From Eledone cirrhosa (Eukaryota), in assembly GCA_964016885.1 (NCBI GenBank), contig OZ024746.1, positions 6,696,001 through 6,760,000 of the forward strand: DNA of 64,000 bases, in the 5' to 3' direction. This document shows, piece by piece, positions 27,585-42,003 of this stretch (the stretch's first letter is position 1; every line of letters begins with the position of its first letter). The translations under genes were made by a program, and so were the position numbers. The notes below the pieces were generated by a model. It did not search any database, was not told the DNA's origin, and saw nothing but the letters and a program-made list of their open reading frames with translations.

Positions 27585-28005
27585 AACCGGCCTGATATTG
27601 TTGTTTGGGACCACACATTGAAAACGTGTTCTGTTGTGGAGATCAGCTGCCCACTTGATATAAACGTTGTCAGAAAAATACAGGAGAAGGAGGACATCTA
27701 CAGACCATTGATGAGGAGTTTACAAATCCAGTATCCAAGAAACACCTTTAGCTTCATACCCATCATTATTGGAGCTACAGGTTATATACCAACCCGCTTG
27801 GACCAAAGTATGACTGAACTTGGATTTGCGGACAAAGAGCGCAGCTCCCTAATTCATAGTCTACAAATGGCTGCGATAGCTGGCACCTTCAAAATTTGCA
27901 AAACATTCTTGCGATTCAAGGGATGACAATTTCTTTTCTTTTACAACCATGACACCAGGAAGGTGGCCGGTCAAAAAAATATACTCGAAATTAAGAGAAA
28001 GAGAT
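27585..28005 (+). mobile_element. Non-LTR retrotransposon 3' end with restriction-like endonuclease (R4/Dong/NeSL-type)
   Basis: HNRPDIVVWD....VVEISCP......KEDIY (PD-(D/E)xK), IPIIIGATG; flanked by (ACAT)n. Confidence 0.75.
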
Positions 28006-28972
28006 AACATACATACATATATATGCACAGACTTACTCACGTACACACCGACACGCCCACATGTGGGTGTGTATGAGCGCAATTTGTGGGCAGTGATGAC
28101 AATGTGTATAGAAATATATTTTCAATTATTTCTGAAGTAAATTTGAGGTTATAACAACTTGAGAGATTATGTCGGTCTAACAATCAAAAGATGGCGAAGC
28201 ACACATAAATTCTCAGTACCATACGCTAATTATCAAAACTATGTAATCTTTCTATATAATAACTGTTCTATAGACATTGTTTAAACAAATATATCGTAGA
28301 GAGTAACGTTTTAAAAATGGTTTCATCAATCACAGGAGATTTCTACATGTTTCTATCGTGTTATGTCATTATCAGCAGATTTTGCCTTAGTTGATCCACG
28401 TTGTCTCCCGTACAAGCCGAAATAATTTTAATATTAGTCTGAGGCTTATATTGATTTTTCTTCTCTTCAATATTATTTCAGGTTGGCTTTTTAAAATTTC
28501 CTCCACTACATTTGTTGATATTAAATTAACTATTCTTTTCATGCGAATGACAACTCTGCATTATTTAACAAAAATAACCGCTGATGTTTTGGAAAGCTTA
28601 TTAACTTGTTATACAAATGTGTAAAATGGTGGAAGAAATTCATACAAAGTTTCGGTGATAAAAATGTTGAAGGAATGTAATCTTCAGATTATATGTATTA
28701 TCTTCTTTGTGACACCTCTGAGGAATTAACTTACAACTAAGTTAATTAAGCAAGATAAATGTTCCTTTTCTTCACACTAGTAACGAAACTGAAGTTCAAT
28801 TGGGATAAGATTTCTCACACAGCTGGAAAAATATACGAACAATTGGGATATAATTGAAAACTTTGTGTCAATAGCTCATCTAAAGTGAGGTTTAAAGGTT
28901 ATAGCATAACAGTTATAAAAATGACTAACAGTTGTTACTGACAAAATTCTCCGATCAGAGCCAATATAATAT

Positions 28973-29140
28973 ACGAGGGTTGCTAAAAAGTTCCTGGCTT
29001 GGGTAAAATAAAATACAGGAGGATCAGTTAATTATGATTTTATTCAACATATTCCCCTCTCAGATTCACATACTTATTGCAGTGGTCCTTCGTGTTTTCT
29101 AAGCCTTGTAAAAAGAACTCGGAAGGTTAGTCCTCCATCC
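28973..29140 (+). mobile_element. Mariner-like terminal remnant
   Basis: TACGAGGGTTGCTAAAAAGTTCCTGGCT TIR-like start; related piece at ~61415-61515. Confidence 0.45.
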
Positions 29141-30149
29141 AGTCCATCACCAGCTACTGCTGCTACTCATTTTAAGCTGAGTATACGGGAGTAACGTCAA
29201 ATAAAGTGTTTCGCTCAAGAATACAACACATCACCCAGCTCAGAAATTGAACCCACAACATTATGAGCGTAAGTCCAACACCCTTACCACTGGGCCACAC
29301 ACATCCACTGTAAGTCGACAAATAGACAGTGAGGATTTATTAAAAAAATTGAAGATACATTTATACTGATATTTATACTGAGGTAATGCAGTTGCTTAGG
29401 TAGGTTGCCGCGTTTGGCTGTCGTCGGTAGAGCGTCGGACAACAGCATAGAGTTATGGTCCTTTACATTCTGAGTTCAAATTCTACCTAGGTTAACTTTG
29501 CCTTTCATCCTTACGAGGTCGATAAAATAAAGTACCAGTAATACACTGGAGTCGATATAATCGATTTTCCCCTCCCCTCAAATTGCTGGCCTTTTGCCAA
29601 TAGTAGAAACAATTATTTTCATAATACTCTATCAGATATCAACAAGATCGATAGAAAGAGGTCAATCAGGAGAAATATATGGTGTAACTTCTAGAACATT
29701 GAAACTAAGTTGCTGAAAGTGATCTAGATAGACATTCTCATTGGACCACATATTTCCACCATCAAGGGAACAAGTAATCCATTCATATATAAGCAGCTTT
29801 CACAAAGAAAAGACTTTCATCAACTCTAAAATATGTAAATATTCCACTGTCATAATTGTTTCTACTTTTGGCACAAGGCCAGTAATTACCCGGTACGTTA
29901 CTGGTACTTTATTTTATCGACCCCCGTACGTTACTGGTACTTTATTTTATCAATCCCTCGACGGGATTTGAACATTCTACTGTCATAATATCATCGAAAA
30001 AGAAAATTATCTATAAATGAGGTGCTGTCTTTAATTTATTACGGGGACCTAATTAATATATAAAAAGTTATTTATATATCAGAATAATACATAGATCCGT
30101 GGATTAATATGATTTACAATATTTAAACTTCCATCTGCAATGTGGAGTA

Positions 30150-33100
30150 GAGGAGACAAGAGTTCAAATAGGTATAAATTATAGATGTATATATCCAGGA
30201 GATCTTATCCACTTCGTAATGTCTGTGATTCATATCATATTTCAGGTGTTTGTTCCAAGTCACTTTCAATATTTCGGGGTGTATTTGAAATCTAGTCACA
30301 CCCATCTTCGAGGGCTTCAGCTCTTGCTGACCAATATACGTTTACATTTACTTCACAATTTGTGTTCTTGTCGTACCTTCCAAAGATTTCATTAGATATT
30401 CCTGTCTGCAAGTTGATGGAGAAAAAAAGGTGTATAACCTATGTATGAAGACAAAATAATTGACAGCTTCATTACATGATGAGGCAGTAACTTGTTCAAC
30501 TAGATTCAATGAGTTTCCAGCACAAGAGGTGAAAACAGCAGCCGAGTTCTTATCCTTAAGTCTGGGTTGCATTCCTGTGTAGAGACCAGGTTATATTGCT
30601 GCCAATCACTGCCCTCTAGAGTCTTCAAAACCAATTCCATCATCTTTTAAAACTTATAGCAGATAGCTAGTTCTTCAGTCTTGAGAGAGCCAGCTACTGC
30701 AGGAAACAGTACTTCAGTCTTGAGAGAGCCAACTCCTGCAGGAAACAGTACTTCAGTCTTGAGAGAGCCAGCTACTGCAGGAAACATTACTTCAATCTTG
30801 AGAGAGCCAGCTCCTGCAGGAAACAGTACTTCAGTCTTGAGAGAGCCAACTCCTGCAGGAAACAGTACTTCAGTTTTGAGAGAGCCAGCTACTGCAGGAA
30901 ACAGTACTTCAGTCTTGAGAGAGCTAACTCCTGCAGGAAACAGTACTTCAATCTTGAGAGAGCTAGCTACTGCAGGAAACAGTACTTCAGTCTTGAGAGA
31001 GCCAACTCCTGCAGGAAACAGTACTTCAGTCTTGAGAGAGCCAACTCCTGCAGGAAATAGTACTTCAGTCTTGAGAGAGCCAACTCCTGCAGGAAACAGT
31101 ACTTCAGTCTTGAGAGAGCCAACTCCTGCAGGAAATAGTACTTCAATCTTGAGAGAGCCAACTCCTGCAGGAAACAGTACTTCAATCTTGAGAGAGCCAG
31201 CTACTGCAGGAAACAGTACTTCAGTCTTGAGAGAGCCAGCTACTGCAGGAAACAGTACTTCAATCTTGAGAGAGCCAGCTACTGCAGGAAACAGTACTTC
31301 AGTCTTGAGAGAGCCAACTCCTGCAGGAAATAGTACTTCAGTCTTGAGAGAGCCAACTCCTGCAGGAAACAGTACTTCAGTCTTGAGAGAGCCAGCTACT
31401 GCAGGAAACAGTACTTCAATCTTGAGAGAGCCAGTTACTGCAGGAAACAGTACTTCAGTCTTGAGAGAGCCAGCTACTGCAGGAAACAGTACTTCAGTCT
31501 TGAGAGAGCCAACTCCTGCAGGAAATAGTACTTCAGTCTTGAGAGAGCCAACTCCTGCAGGAAACAGTACTTCAGTCTTGAGAGAGCCAACTCCTGCAGG
31601 AAATAGTACTTCAGTCTTGAGAGAGCCAACTCCTGCAGGAAACAGTACTTCAATCTTGAGAGAGCCAGCTATTGCAGGAAACAGTACTTCAGTCTTGAGA
31701 GAGCCAACTCCTGCAGGAAACAGTACTTCAGTCTTGAGAGAGCCAACTCCTGCAGGAAACAGTACTTCAGTCTTGAGAGAGCCAACTACTGCAGGAAACA
31801 GTACTTCAGTCTTGAGAGAGCCAACTCCTGCAGGAAACAGTACTTCAGTCTTGAGAGAGCCAACTCCTGCAGGAAACAGTACTTCAGTCTTGAGAGAGCC
31901 AACTACTGCAGGAAACAGTACTTCAGTCTTGAGAGAGCCAACTCCTGCAGGAAACAGTACTTCAGTCTTGAGAGAGCCAACTACTGCAGGAAACAGTACT
32001 TCAGTCTTGAGAGAGCCAACTCCTGCAGGAAACAGTACTTCAGTCTTGAGAGAGCCAACTCCTGCAGGAAACAGTACTTCAGTCTTGAGAGAGCCAACTA
32101 CTGCAGGAAACAGTACTTCAGTCTTGAGAGAGCCAACTACTGCAGGAAACAGTACTTCAGTCTTGAGAGAGCCAACTCCTGCAGGAAACAGTACTTCAGT
32201 CTTGAGAGAGCCAACTCCTGCAGGAAACAGTACTTCAGTCTTGAGAGAGCCAACTCCTGCAGGAAACAGTACTTCAGTCTTGAGAGAGCCAACTCCTGCA
32301 GGAAACAGTACTTCAGTCTTGAGAGAGCCAACTACTGCAGGAAACAGTACTTCAGTCTTGAGAGAGCCAACTACTGCAGGAAACAGTACTTCAGTCTTGA
32401 GAGAGCCAACTCCTGCAGGAAATAGTACTTCAATCTAGAGAGAGCCAACTCCTGCAGGAAATAGTACTTCAGTCTTGAGAGAGCCAACTCCTGCAGGAAA
32501 CAGTACTTCAGTCTTGAGAGAGCCAACTCCTGCAGGAAACAGTACTTCAGTCTTGAGAGAGCCAACTCCTGCAGGAAACAGTACTTCAGTCTTGAGAGAG
32601 CCAACTCCTGCAGGAAATAGTACTTCAGTCTTGAGAGAGCCAACTACTGCAGGAAATAGTACTCCAATCTTGAGAGAGCCAGCTACTGCAGGAAACATTA
32701 CTTCAGTCTTGAGAGAGCCAACTACTGCAGGAAACAGTACTTCAGTCTTGAGAGAGCCAACTCCTGCAGGAAACAGTACTTCAATCTTGAGAGAGCCAAC
32801 TCCTGCAGGAAACAGTACTTCAGTCTTGAGAGAGCCAGCTACTGCAGGAAACAGTACTTCAGTCTTGAGAGAGCCAACTCCTGCAGGAAATAGTACTTCA
32901 ATCTTGAGAGAGCCAACTCCTGCAGGAAATAGTACTTCAATCTTGAGAGAGCCAACTCCTGCAGGAAACAGTACTTCAGTCTTGAGAGAGCCAACTACTG
33001 CAGGAAACAGTACTTCAGTCTTGAGAGAGCCAACTCCTGCAGGAAACAGTACTTCAATCTTGAGAGAGCCAACTCCTGCAGGAAACAGTACTTCAGTCTT

Positions 33101-33660
33101 GAGAGAGCCAACTCCTGCAGGAAACAGTACTTCAATCTTGAGAGAGCCAACTCCTGCAGGAAACAGTACTTCAGTCTTGAGAGAGCCAACTCCTGCAGGA
33201 AACAGTACTTCAGTCTTGAGAGAGCCAACTCCTGCGGGAAACAGTACTTCAGTCTTGAGAGAGCCAACTCCTGCAGGAAACAGTACTTCAGTCTTGAGAG
33301 AGCCAACTCCTGCAGGAAACAGTACTTCAGTCTTGAGAGAGCCAATTCCTGCAGGAAACAGTACTTCAGTCTTGAGAGAGCCAACTCCTGCAGGAAACAG
33401 TACTTCAGTCTTGAGAGAGCCAACTCCAGCAGGAAAGTCAAATATTTTACTGCCAGTTTCCTAGAAACATTGTACAATAACTATAAAGTGATCAACATAA
33501 GCCAAGTCGGTTGTCAAATCTACTGAAACTGAGAAGTAACATATTTGATGACATATAGTACCTTCTGTCATATAGGATCCCCTTCCCATTTCATTGGAGA
33601 TTATTTAGAACACTCATAAGCCTACCAGATACCTAAACTTTGCATATAAGACCCATACTA
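30150..33660 (-). mobile_element. hAT (ZMYM1-like) transposase remnant split by a 39-bp minisatellite
   Basis: Right flank YFSVSVD.T.D..YVD...VIV; left flank RGQ...G.YTGMQ.R.K..N..AVF..CAG.SLNLV.......AV.YF..I..LYTFFS.ST. Confidence 0.75.
30672..33436. repeat. 39-bp minisatellite, ~71 copies
   Basis: Unit TTGAGAGAGCCAACTCCTGCAGGAAACAGTACTTCAGTC. Confidence 0.97.
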
Positions 33661-34144
33661 AGTTTCGAGCTATTTTGGTGGGCACAAGGCCAACAATTAC
33701 CCCAGTACATTACTGCTACTTTATTTTATAGACCCCGTAAGGATGAAAGGCAAAATTAACCTCGGCGGGAATTGAACTCAGAATGGCAAAAGCCGTAACT
33801 CTATGCGTCAAAGCATGGCGTCCGACCCTCAAAAATAGACTGGGTGGTCACGGCTGGAATACTATAATTCATACGTGATCCTAATCAGATAATACCGAGG
33901 ATTAAATAACAAGATGAAATGATATTTACACAAATAAGAATTCATTTACGTTGACAAAAACATAAATTGATGGCCAAATACACATATATTGATACGTGTG
34001 TGTGTGTGTGTGTATGATCTATACATGTGTGTGTGTGTGTGTATGATGTATACATGTGTGTGTGTGATATATACATGTGTGTATGGTTATATACATGTGT
34101 GTGTGTATGGATATATACGTGTGTGTGTGCGTGATATGGATATA

Positions 34145-34209
<65 letters not shown>

Positions 34210-34474
34210 TATATATGGATATATACATGTGTGTGGGTGTGTGTCTTTGATATATAAATATAGACATGTGTGTTTGTGTGTGTGTTTGATATATGGATAT
34301 ATACATGTGTGTGGGTGTGTGTGTCTTTGATATATGGATATATACATGTGTGTGTGTGTGTGTGTGATATATGGATATATACATGTGTGTGGGTGTGTGT
34401 TTGATATATGGATATATACATGTGTATGTGTGTGTGTCTTTGATATATGGATATATACATGTGTGTGTATATGG

Positions 34475-34505
<31 letters not shown>

Positions 34506-34638
34506 GAATAGAATGAAACGAAATTTCATTTCTCACTTTTAGTACGGCAGTTACTTAAATGTTATATATATATGTTATTTAAATGTTATATATATATATA
34601 TGTATATATATATGTGTGTTTGATATATGGATATATAC

Positions 34639-34669
<31 letters not shown>

Positions 34670-35204
34670 CTTGAGGTGTGAGTTTTTTCTCAATATTACT
34701 TACTTGAAAGCTGTATTATGAGAAAGATTCTTATGTCAGCTATCTCTGTTACGGAATGGCAGTCAAATCCCGAAACAGTGCAGTTACAGCAATGGTTTGT
34801 CCAATTCACTTTGATAAATGATAACTATAGATAGGAAGAATTAAATAAGTAGGTGGTGTAAATATATAGTATTGGCTCACGTAAACAGCAAACAGACGCA
34901 CATAGGCTCGCACGCACACATATATATATGTGTGTGTATACATATATATATATATATTTTCACACTTTCTCACACGCACATATATATGAATGAATATATA
35001 TATATATATAAATGTATATACACACGCTCTCATACACTCACACACACATATATGTGTGCGTATACATATATATATATATATATATATACACACGCTCTCA
35101 TACACTCTCACACACACATATATATATACATATCTGATCAACCAACTTTCCTAAATTGATTTAGATATATATATAGTAATAATATATAAATATAGTAATA
35201 AATA

Positions 35205-35236
<32 letters not shown>

Positions 35237-35255
35237 CATATATATATATATACCC

Positions 35256-35299
<44 letters not shown>

Positions 35300-35350
35300 C
35301 CGTATATATATATACATATATATATATATACCCATATATATACATTAATT

Positions 35351-35418
<68 letters not shown>

Positions 35419-35568
35419 CATATATATATATACCCATATATATATATACATATATATATATACATATATACATATATACATATATACATATATATATACA
35501 TATATATATAGAGAGAGAGAGAGAGATATAGATATAGATATAGATATAGATATATATATATATATATA

Positions 35569-35635
<67 letters not shown>

Positions 35636-36295
35636 ATATATATATATGTATATATATATACAGGTGTGACCCTGAAACACTTCTTTCCTTGTCTGTTGGT
35701 GGAAATATTTCAGTGACAACCATCCCAGAATATCTTGTGCGTGGATCGTTCGTAACGAGATATTTAAATGTTTTTTCTTATCTGTGTTGACTCTAAAATC
35801 AATCTCTGATACTAAAATGACACGCTTAAGTACTTTCTTTGTTTGGTTACCAAAATATGAGAGTAGAATCTACTGCAAGGGCAACGACAGTGGCGGAACT
35901 AAATATAAAAGATGAAACAGACGGTAAGGTGTTCAAATGTCAAGTTGGTAGGTTAGCTTAGATAAACTTCATTGTTTCCGTTCCTCTACACACATACACA
36001 CACACACACACACATACATATACACACACACATACACACACATATACATACACACACACACATACATACATACATATACACACACACATATACATACACA
36101 CACACACACACACACACATACATACATATACACACACACATATACATACACACACACACATACATACATATACACACACACATACGCACACATATACATA
36201 CACACACACACATACATACACACACACATACATACGCACGCACATACACACACATACACATACACACACATACACACACACATACCCACATATGT

Positions 36296-36620
36296 GAATG
36301 CGGCCGGCACTGTGGCGACAGGAAAGCGGGTGGAGGCCGAAAGAGTCCACGGTGGAACCGCAGCGAAATTGGTGTGGCTGGCAGATCCGGAGACCGAGCC
36401 TCAGGGAAACGCCGATGCGCAGGCTATGGTTGTCTAGCTGCGTGCCAGTGGAGAAGGAGGGCAGGGCATGGAGCCAGGCACCACTGTGGGGTTTGGAGGC
36501 TGCACGAAACAAGCAAGGTGGTGCTGGTCGAGCTGGCGCGTGCCTGTCTGGGGCCAGGCTGCACTGGATGGCATCCCAAGTGCGTTGGGGGGGGACTTGA
36601 CGTCAACAGGAGGAGAATGA
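36296..36620 (-). mobile_element. CRE-like non-LTR retrotransposon fragment
   Basis: SGAWLHALP...GT.LDN..LRIGVSLRLG...C.CG..VD..G.H.LSC; GC-rich island. Confidence 0.75.
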
Positions 36621-36949
36621 GGAGGGACGTCTACTGGGCTAAGTCCCAGCCGGTCCCACGTCTCACAAGCGGCCTCACGTTCTCTGAACACATAGGGTTC
36701 TGTTGTGTTTTGAAGAACCCTGCTGAGTGGAATATTAAGTCGCGACACTTCTCGCTTTCACTACACCTTCCCTGTAATATTTCCAGTGGGAAAATAATGG
36801 CAGAGGGGAAATTTCTTTGTGAGCTGTGCACAATATACTCTAGATGGACGGGCAAATAAATGAATGTATATTTGTATGTTTATATATTCAATGTGTATAT
36901 TCATGAAGAGCTAGTTAATATATACTCAAAATATAGTCAAGGTGTATAT

Positions 36950-37320
36950 TCAGAGAATCACAGATATAGATTATCTTGTCGGATAATGCATGATGTAGAA
37001 AATATTCCATCACCATTTCCCAAATGATGTTGGCATCATCTTTAAAGTACGCCCAAGGCTTGGTCCCCGTGTTATCTGCCCACAATAAAAATCAGACTCG
37101 CATCTCATAACAACATTACTGCACAATTATTTCACCTCAACTAGTCCCGCTCCCTTTAATATTACACCAAAACACATATAAACAGAAGCAGACGTCATAA
37201 AATTCAAAACGTTTTAGGACAAATACATCTAAGAAATCCCGTATAAACCTCCTATACCTGGATATGTCTCCGTAAACAATAACTCTCACGTTGAGTAGGC
37301 CATGGTGTCCAAATCCTGAT
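36950..37320 (+). mobile_element. CR1-type LINE 3' end remnant
   Basis: FNI.PKHI...FKT.LDKY..EIP..P..PGY..NNNS-like decayed frame. Confidence 0.5.
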
Positions 37321-37559
37321 TTGAAAGACTTCGCCAGGAAGTGCTGTATTTCCCAGTAAACAGCTTTAACTAGCTTGCTGTATAAATACTAATATAGTAA
37401 TTAGCAGCCTCATTTTACTCTTGTCAATACATTTGATGGACGTTATAAAGCCATTACTTTTCTTTGGTCAATGATGTAGGATGCCGACAATAAGTGTCGA
37501 AGATCAATTAGGGCCGTTCATCATTTTTCACTGCATTGGAAAATACATGTATATATATA

Positions 37560-37649
<90 letters not shown>

Positions 37650-37987
37650 TATATGTCTGTATATATACACACATCTATACATATATATATATATAACGAA
37701 GGAAGTTAGTGTGGAAAGGAACCAGATGGACCATAACGCACCAAAGTACTCAATATTTAGGGTAGTAGAGTGGGTAATAGGAACAAATAGGACCCCGACC
37801 CCGGTCCAGAATTAGCCGTCGAAACGGCTTGAGCTCAGCCGTCGGGGTCCTACTTGTTCCTATATATATATATATATATAACGAAGGAAGTGTGGAAAGG
37901 AACAAGGTGGATCATAACGCACCAGAGTACTCAATACTTTGGGTAGTAGAGTGGGTATTAGGAAAAAGTTTAACATTTAAACATTTT

Positions 37988-38067
<80 letters not shown>

Positions 38068-38312
38068 TAGATGTGTGTACATATACAGACATATAAGCAC
38101 ACATACATATATATATACACACACATATATATATATGCATGTGTATATATATATATGTATATATAAATATATATATACATATATATACATGCATATATAT
38201 ATATATACATGCATATATATACATGCATATATATATATATATATATATGTGCATATATATATATACATGCATATATATATATATATACATATATATATAC
38301 ATGCATATATAT

Positions 38313-38419
<107 letters not shown>

Positions 38420-38530
38420 TGGTTTTTCCGTAAAGGAAAGAAACCAACCATCACTAAAAGGTTACTCAATATATACATTAAGTAGAGTGAGTACATAATT
38501 TTACTTCAGATAGAAATGCCGTTTACAGGT

Positions 38531-39521
38531 CTACCCACTATGGCCTTACCAATATTTCTAGCTCTGTGCCAGAGTTATAGAACTACCCACTATGGCCTTA
38601 CCAATATTTCTAGCTTTGTGCCAGAGTTATAGAACTACCCACTATGGCCTTACCAATATTTCTAGCTTTGTGCCAGAGTTATAGAACTACCCACTATGGC
38701 CTTACCAATATTTCTAGCTTTGTGCCAGAGTTATAGAACTACCCACTATGGCCTTACCAATATTTCTAGCTTTGTGCCAGAGTTATAGAACTACCCACTA
38801 TGGCCTTACCAATATTTCTAGCTTTGTGCCAGAGTTATAGAACTACCCACGATGGCCTTACCAATATTTCTACCTTTGTGCCAGAGTTATAGAACTACCC
38901 ACTATGGCCTTACCAATATTTCTAGCTTTGTGCCAGAGTTATAGAACTACCCACTATGGCCTTACCAATATTTCTAGCTTTGTGCCAGAGTTATAGAACT
39001 ACCCACTATGGCCTTACCAATATTTCTAGCTTTGTGCCAGAGTTATAGAACTACCCACTATGGCCTTACCAATATTTCTAGCTTTGTGCCAGAGTTATAG
39101 AACTACCCACTATGGCCTTACCAATATTTCTACCTTTGTGCCAGAGTTATAGAACTACCCACTATGGCCTTACCAATATTTCTAGCTTTGTGCCAGAGTT
39201 ATAGAACTACCCACTATGGCCTTACCAATATTTCTAGCTTTGTGCCAGAGTTATAGAACTACCCACTATGGCCTTACCAATATTTCTAGCTTTGTGACAG
39301 AGTTATAGAACTACCCACTATGGCCTTACCAATATTTCTACCTTTGTGCCAGAGTTATAGAACTACCCACTATGGCCTTACCAATATTTCTAGCTTTGTG
39401 CCAGAGTTATAGAACTACCCACTATGGCCTTACCAATATTTCTAGCTTTGTGCCAGAGTTATAGAACTACCCACTATGGCCTTACCAATATTTCTAGCTT
39501 TGTGCCAGAGTTATAGAACTA
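38531..39521. repeat. 52-bp minisatellite, ~19 copies
   Basis: Unit CTACCCACTATGGCCTTACCAATATTTCTAGCTTTGTGCCAGAGTTATAGAA. Confidence 0.97.
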
Positions 39522-39962
39522 TTATATGCTATTGGCTCTGCTCTGTGTGACACTTCGAAACCGCTGCCGTCAGATAGAAAGAACTAATCTATCGCCTTGG
39601 TCATTGTTACATTTATATCGCAGCAAAACTCAGTATATAGTTAACAATAATACTGAATCATTAAAAAGTATTAAAATCAATAGTAAACATTTTTTTTTAT
39701 ATATTTCTATTAGTAATTACTTTGCTAAGTACATACGTGTCTAATTCCACGTTAAAATTGTTTCCTTGAGGTGCAAATTTTGTGAACAAGTACAGAAAAA
39801 GAAATTCTAATAATTAAATGTGATTAATTTAGCTTCGATATATATTATTAGAATCTTTTATAATATTCAATTTTAGTTTGTGCTTCACATACCTATAGTT
39901 GTTAATTAATTAAATTTATATAGGAACACACATACACTCACTCACTCACATACACACAAACA

Positions 39963-40003
<41 letters not shown>

Positions 40004-40128
40004 TATGTATGCATATTTATATGTACACGTATATAAATATCTATATCTATAAATACGCTTATACACATACACACACATACATATATGTGTATATATATAT
40101 ACATATATATATATATACATATATACAT

Positions 40129-40182
<54 letters not shown>

Positions 40183-40200
40183 ATATATACACATATATAC

Positions 40201-40233
<33 letters not shown>

Positions 40234-40235
40234 CA

Positions 40236-40305
<70 letters not shown>

Positions 40306-40392
40306 CATATACAATATATACATATATACAATATATACATATATATATACATATATATATACATATATGTATATACATATATGTATATATAT

Positions 40393-40425
<33 letters not shown>

Positions 40426-40884
40426 TATATGTATATATGGTGGCTGCCAACTCGTTTTCGAGTACGGCCATTACTTTACATCCATGTAGGAGAACCCCTA
40501 CCGATGCGCTGAACGAGTGTTACTTTTAGTCCAACCAGCGACTTGAAAACTCTGGTACAAACACTACACTTGTGACAATTATTGACACATAGTGCTGGGC
40601 CCATGGTACCATGTGATGACAAGTGCAGAGCGATCTCCAGATATAAAGCAATGCCTGTGCTGTGAAGCTTTTATAGTGAGCAAAGGTACTGCACAAAGCC
40701 AGTCCCACTCTCTTAACCAAGATGATAGTTACCAAAAAGAAGAACAAGTCAACATCATTGGATACCATCAGAGTTACAGGTGTTATATCAGAGTTTTCCT
40801 TCTCCTAGAATTCTGCCTTGACAAAGGCTAAGGGGTCATCTCTCATATATACATATATATATACATACATATATGTATATATAT

Positions 40885-40919
<35 letters not shown>

Positions 40920-40927
40920 CATATATG

Positions 40928-40961
<34 letters not shown>

Positions 40962-41034
40962 CATACATATATATATACATACATATACATATATACACAT
41001 ATATTTACATATACATATACATATATACATATAT

Positions 41035-41102
<68 letters not shown>

Positions 41103-41489
41103 GAAAGGTATAGAAAACATATATATATATATGTATGTATGTATATATATATATGTATATAAATATGTATATATATATGTATATATATATATACATAAAA
41201 ACAAATAACGAAACGAAATTAAATTTCGTTTCGCTTCTAACTCACTTTTGTATGACTGACGCTTAAACAATTAAGTTAAAAGTGTACATCTACATATGTA
41301 TACTGAAATACTAGTATGCATATAAATACACACATGTATACATATGTACATGTACTGAGTTTTTCACTGGACACTTTACTGTGAGTGTCCAGCTAGTCTG
41401 TATGTAACCAAACAGACAAACCGGGTTTTAGAGTCATACGGGTTTTCAAGGAAACACATTTCCTCTATTCTCCAGAGAGCCAGACAGGA

Positions 41490-41532
41490 ATATTGGACTA
41501 GTTTCGATGTTATTACATCTCATCAGCAATAT
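41490..41532 (-). ncRNA. Minimal type-I hammerhead ribozyme (copy 1)
   Basis: ATATTG CTGATGA GATGT AATA ACATC GAAA C TA GTC CAATAT: perfect stems I and II, intact core, palindromic ACTAGT stem III, GUC site. Confidence 0.9.
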
Positions 41533-41960
41533 ATACCCATCTTCCGGCTTCTCTAGAGAATCGTAAAAGCACATATCGTTATATGCTTTTTCTATGAAAA
41601 TTAGTAGTGGGCAGACTAATTTGCATAGAACGTGAGTCATTGTACGCACCGGTTCAGCGGAAACGATAAAAACAAATAACGAAACGAAATTAAATTTCGT
41701 TTCGCTTCTAACTCACTTTTGTATGACTGACGCTTAAACAATTAAGTTAAAAGTGTACATCTACATATGTATACTGAAATACTAGTATGCATATAAATAC
41801 ACACATGTATACATATGTACATGTACTGAGTTTTTCACTGGACACTTTACTGTGAGTGTCCAGCTAGTCTGTATGTAACCAAACAGACAAACCGGGTTTT
41901 AGAGTCATACGGGTTTTCAAGGAAACACATTTCCTCTATTCTCCAGAGAGCCAGACAGGA

Positions 41961-42003
41961 ATATTGGACTAGTTTCGATGTTATTACATCTCATCAGCAA
42001 TAT
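41961..42003 (-). ncRNA. Minimal type-I hammerhead ribozyme (copy 2, 471 nt from copy 1)
   Basis: Identical to 41490-41532. Confidence 0.9.

Noticed and set aside
28200-28970. Second hAT transposase remnant
   Set aside because: Only faint motif hints (RETTW); not enough to call
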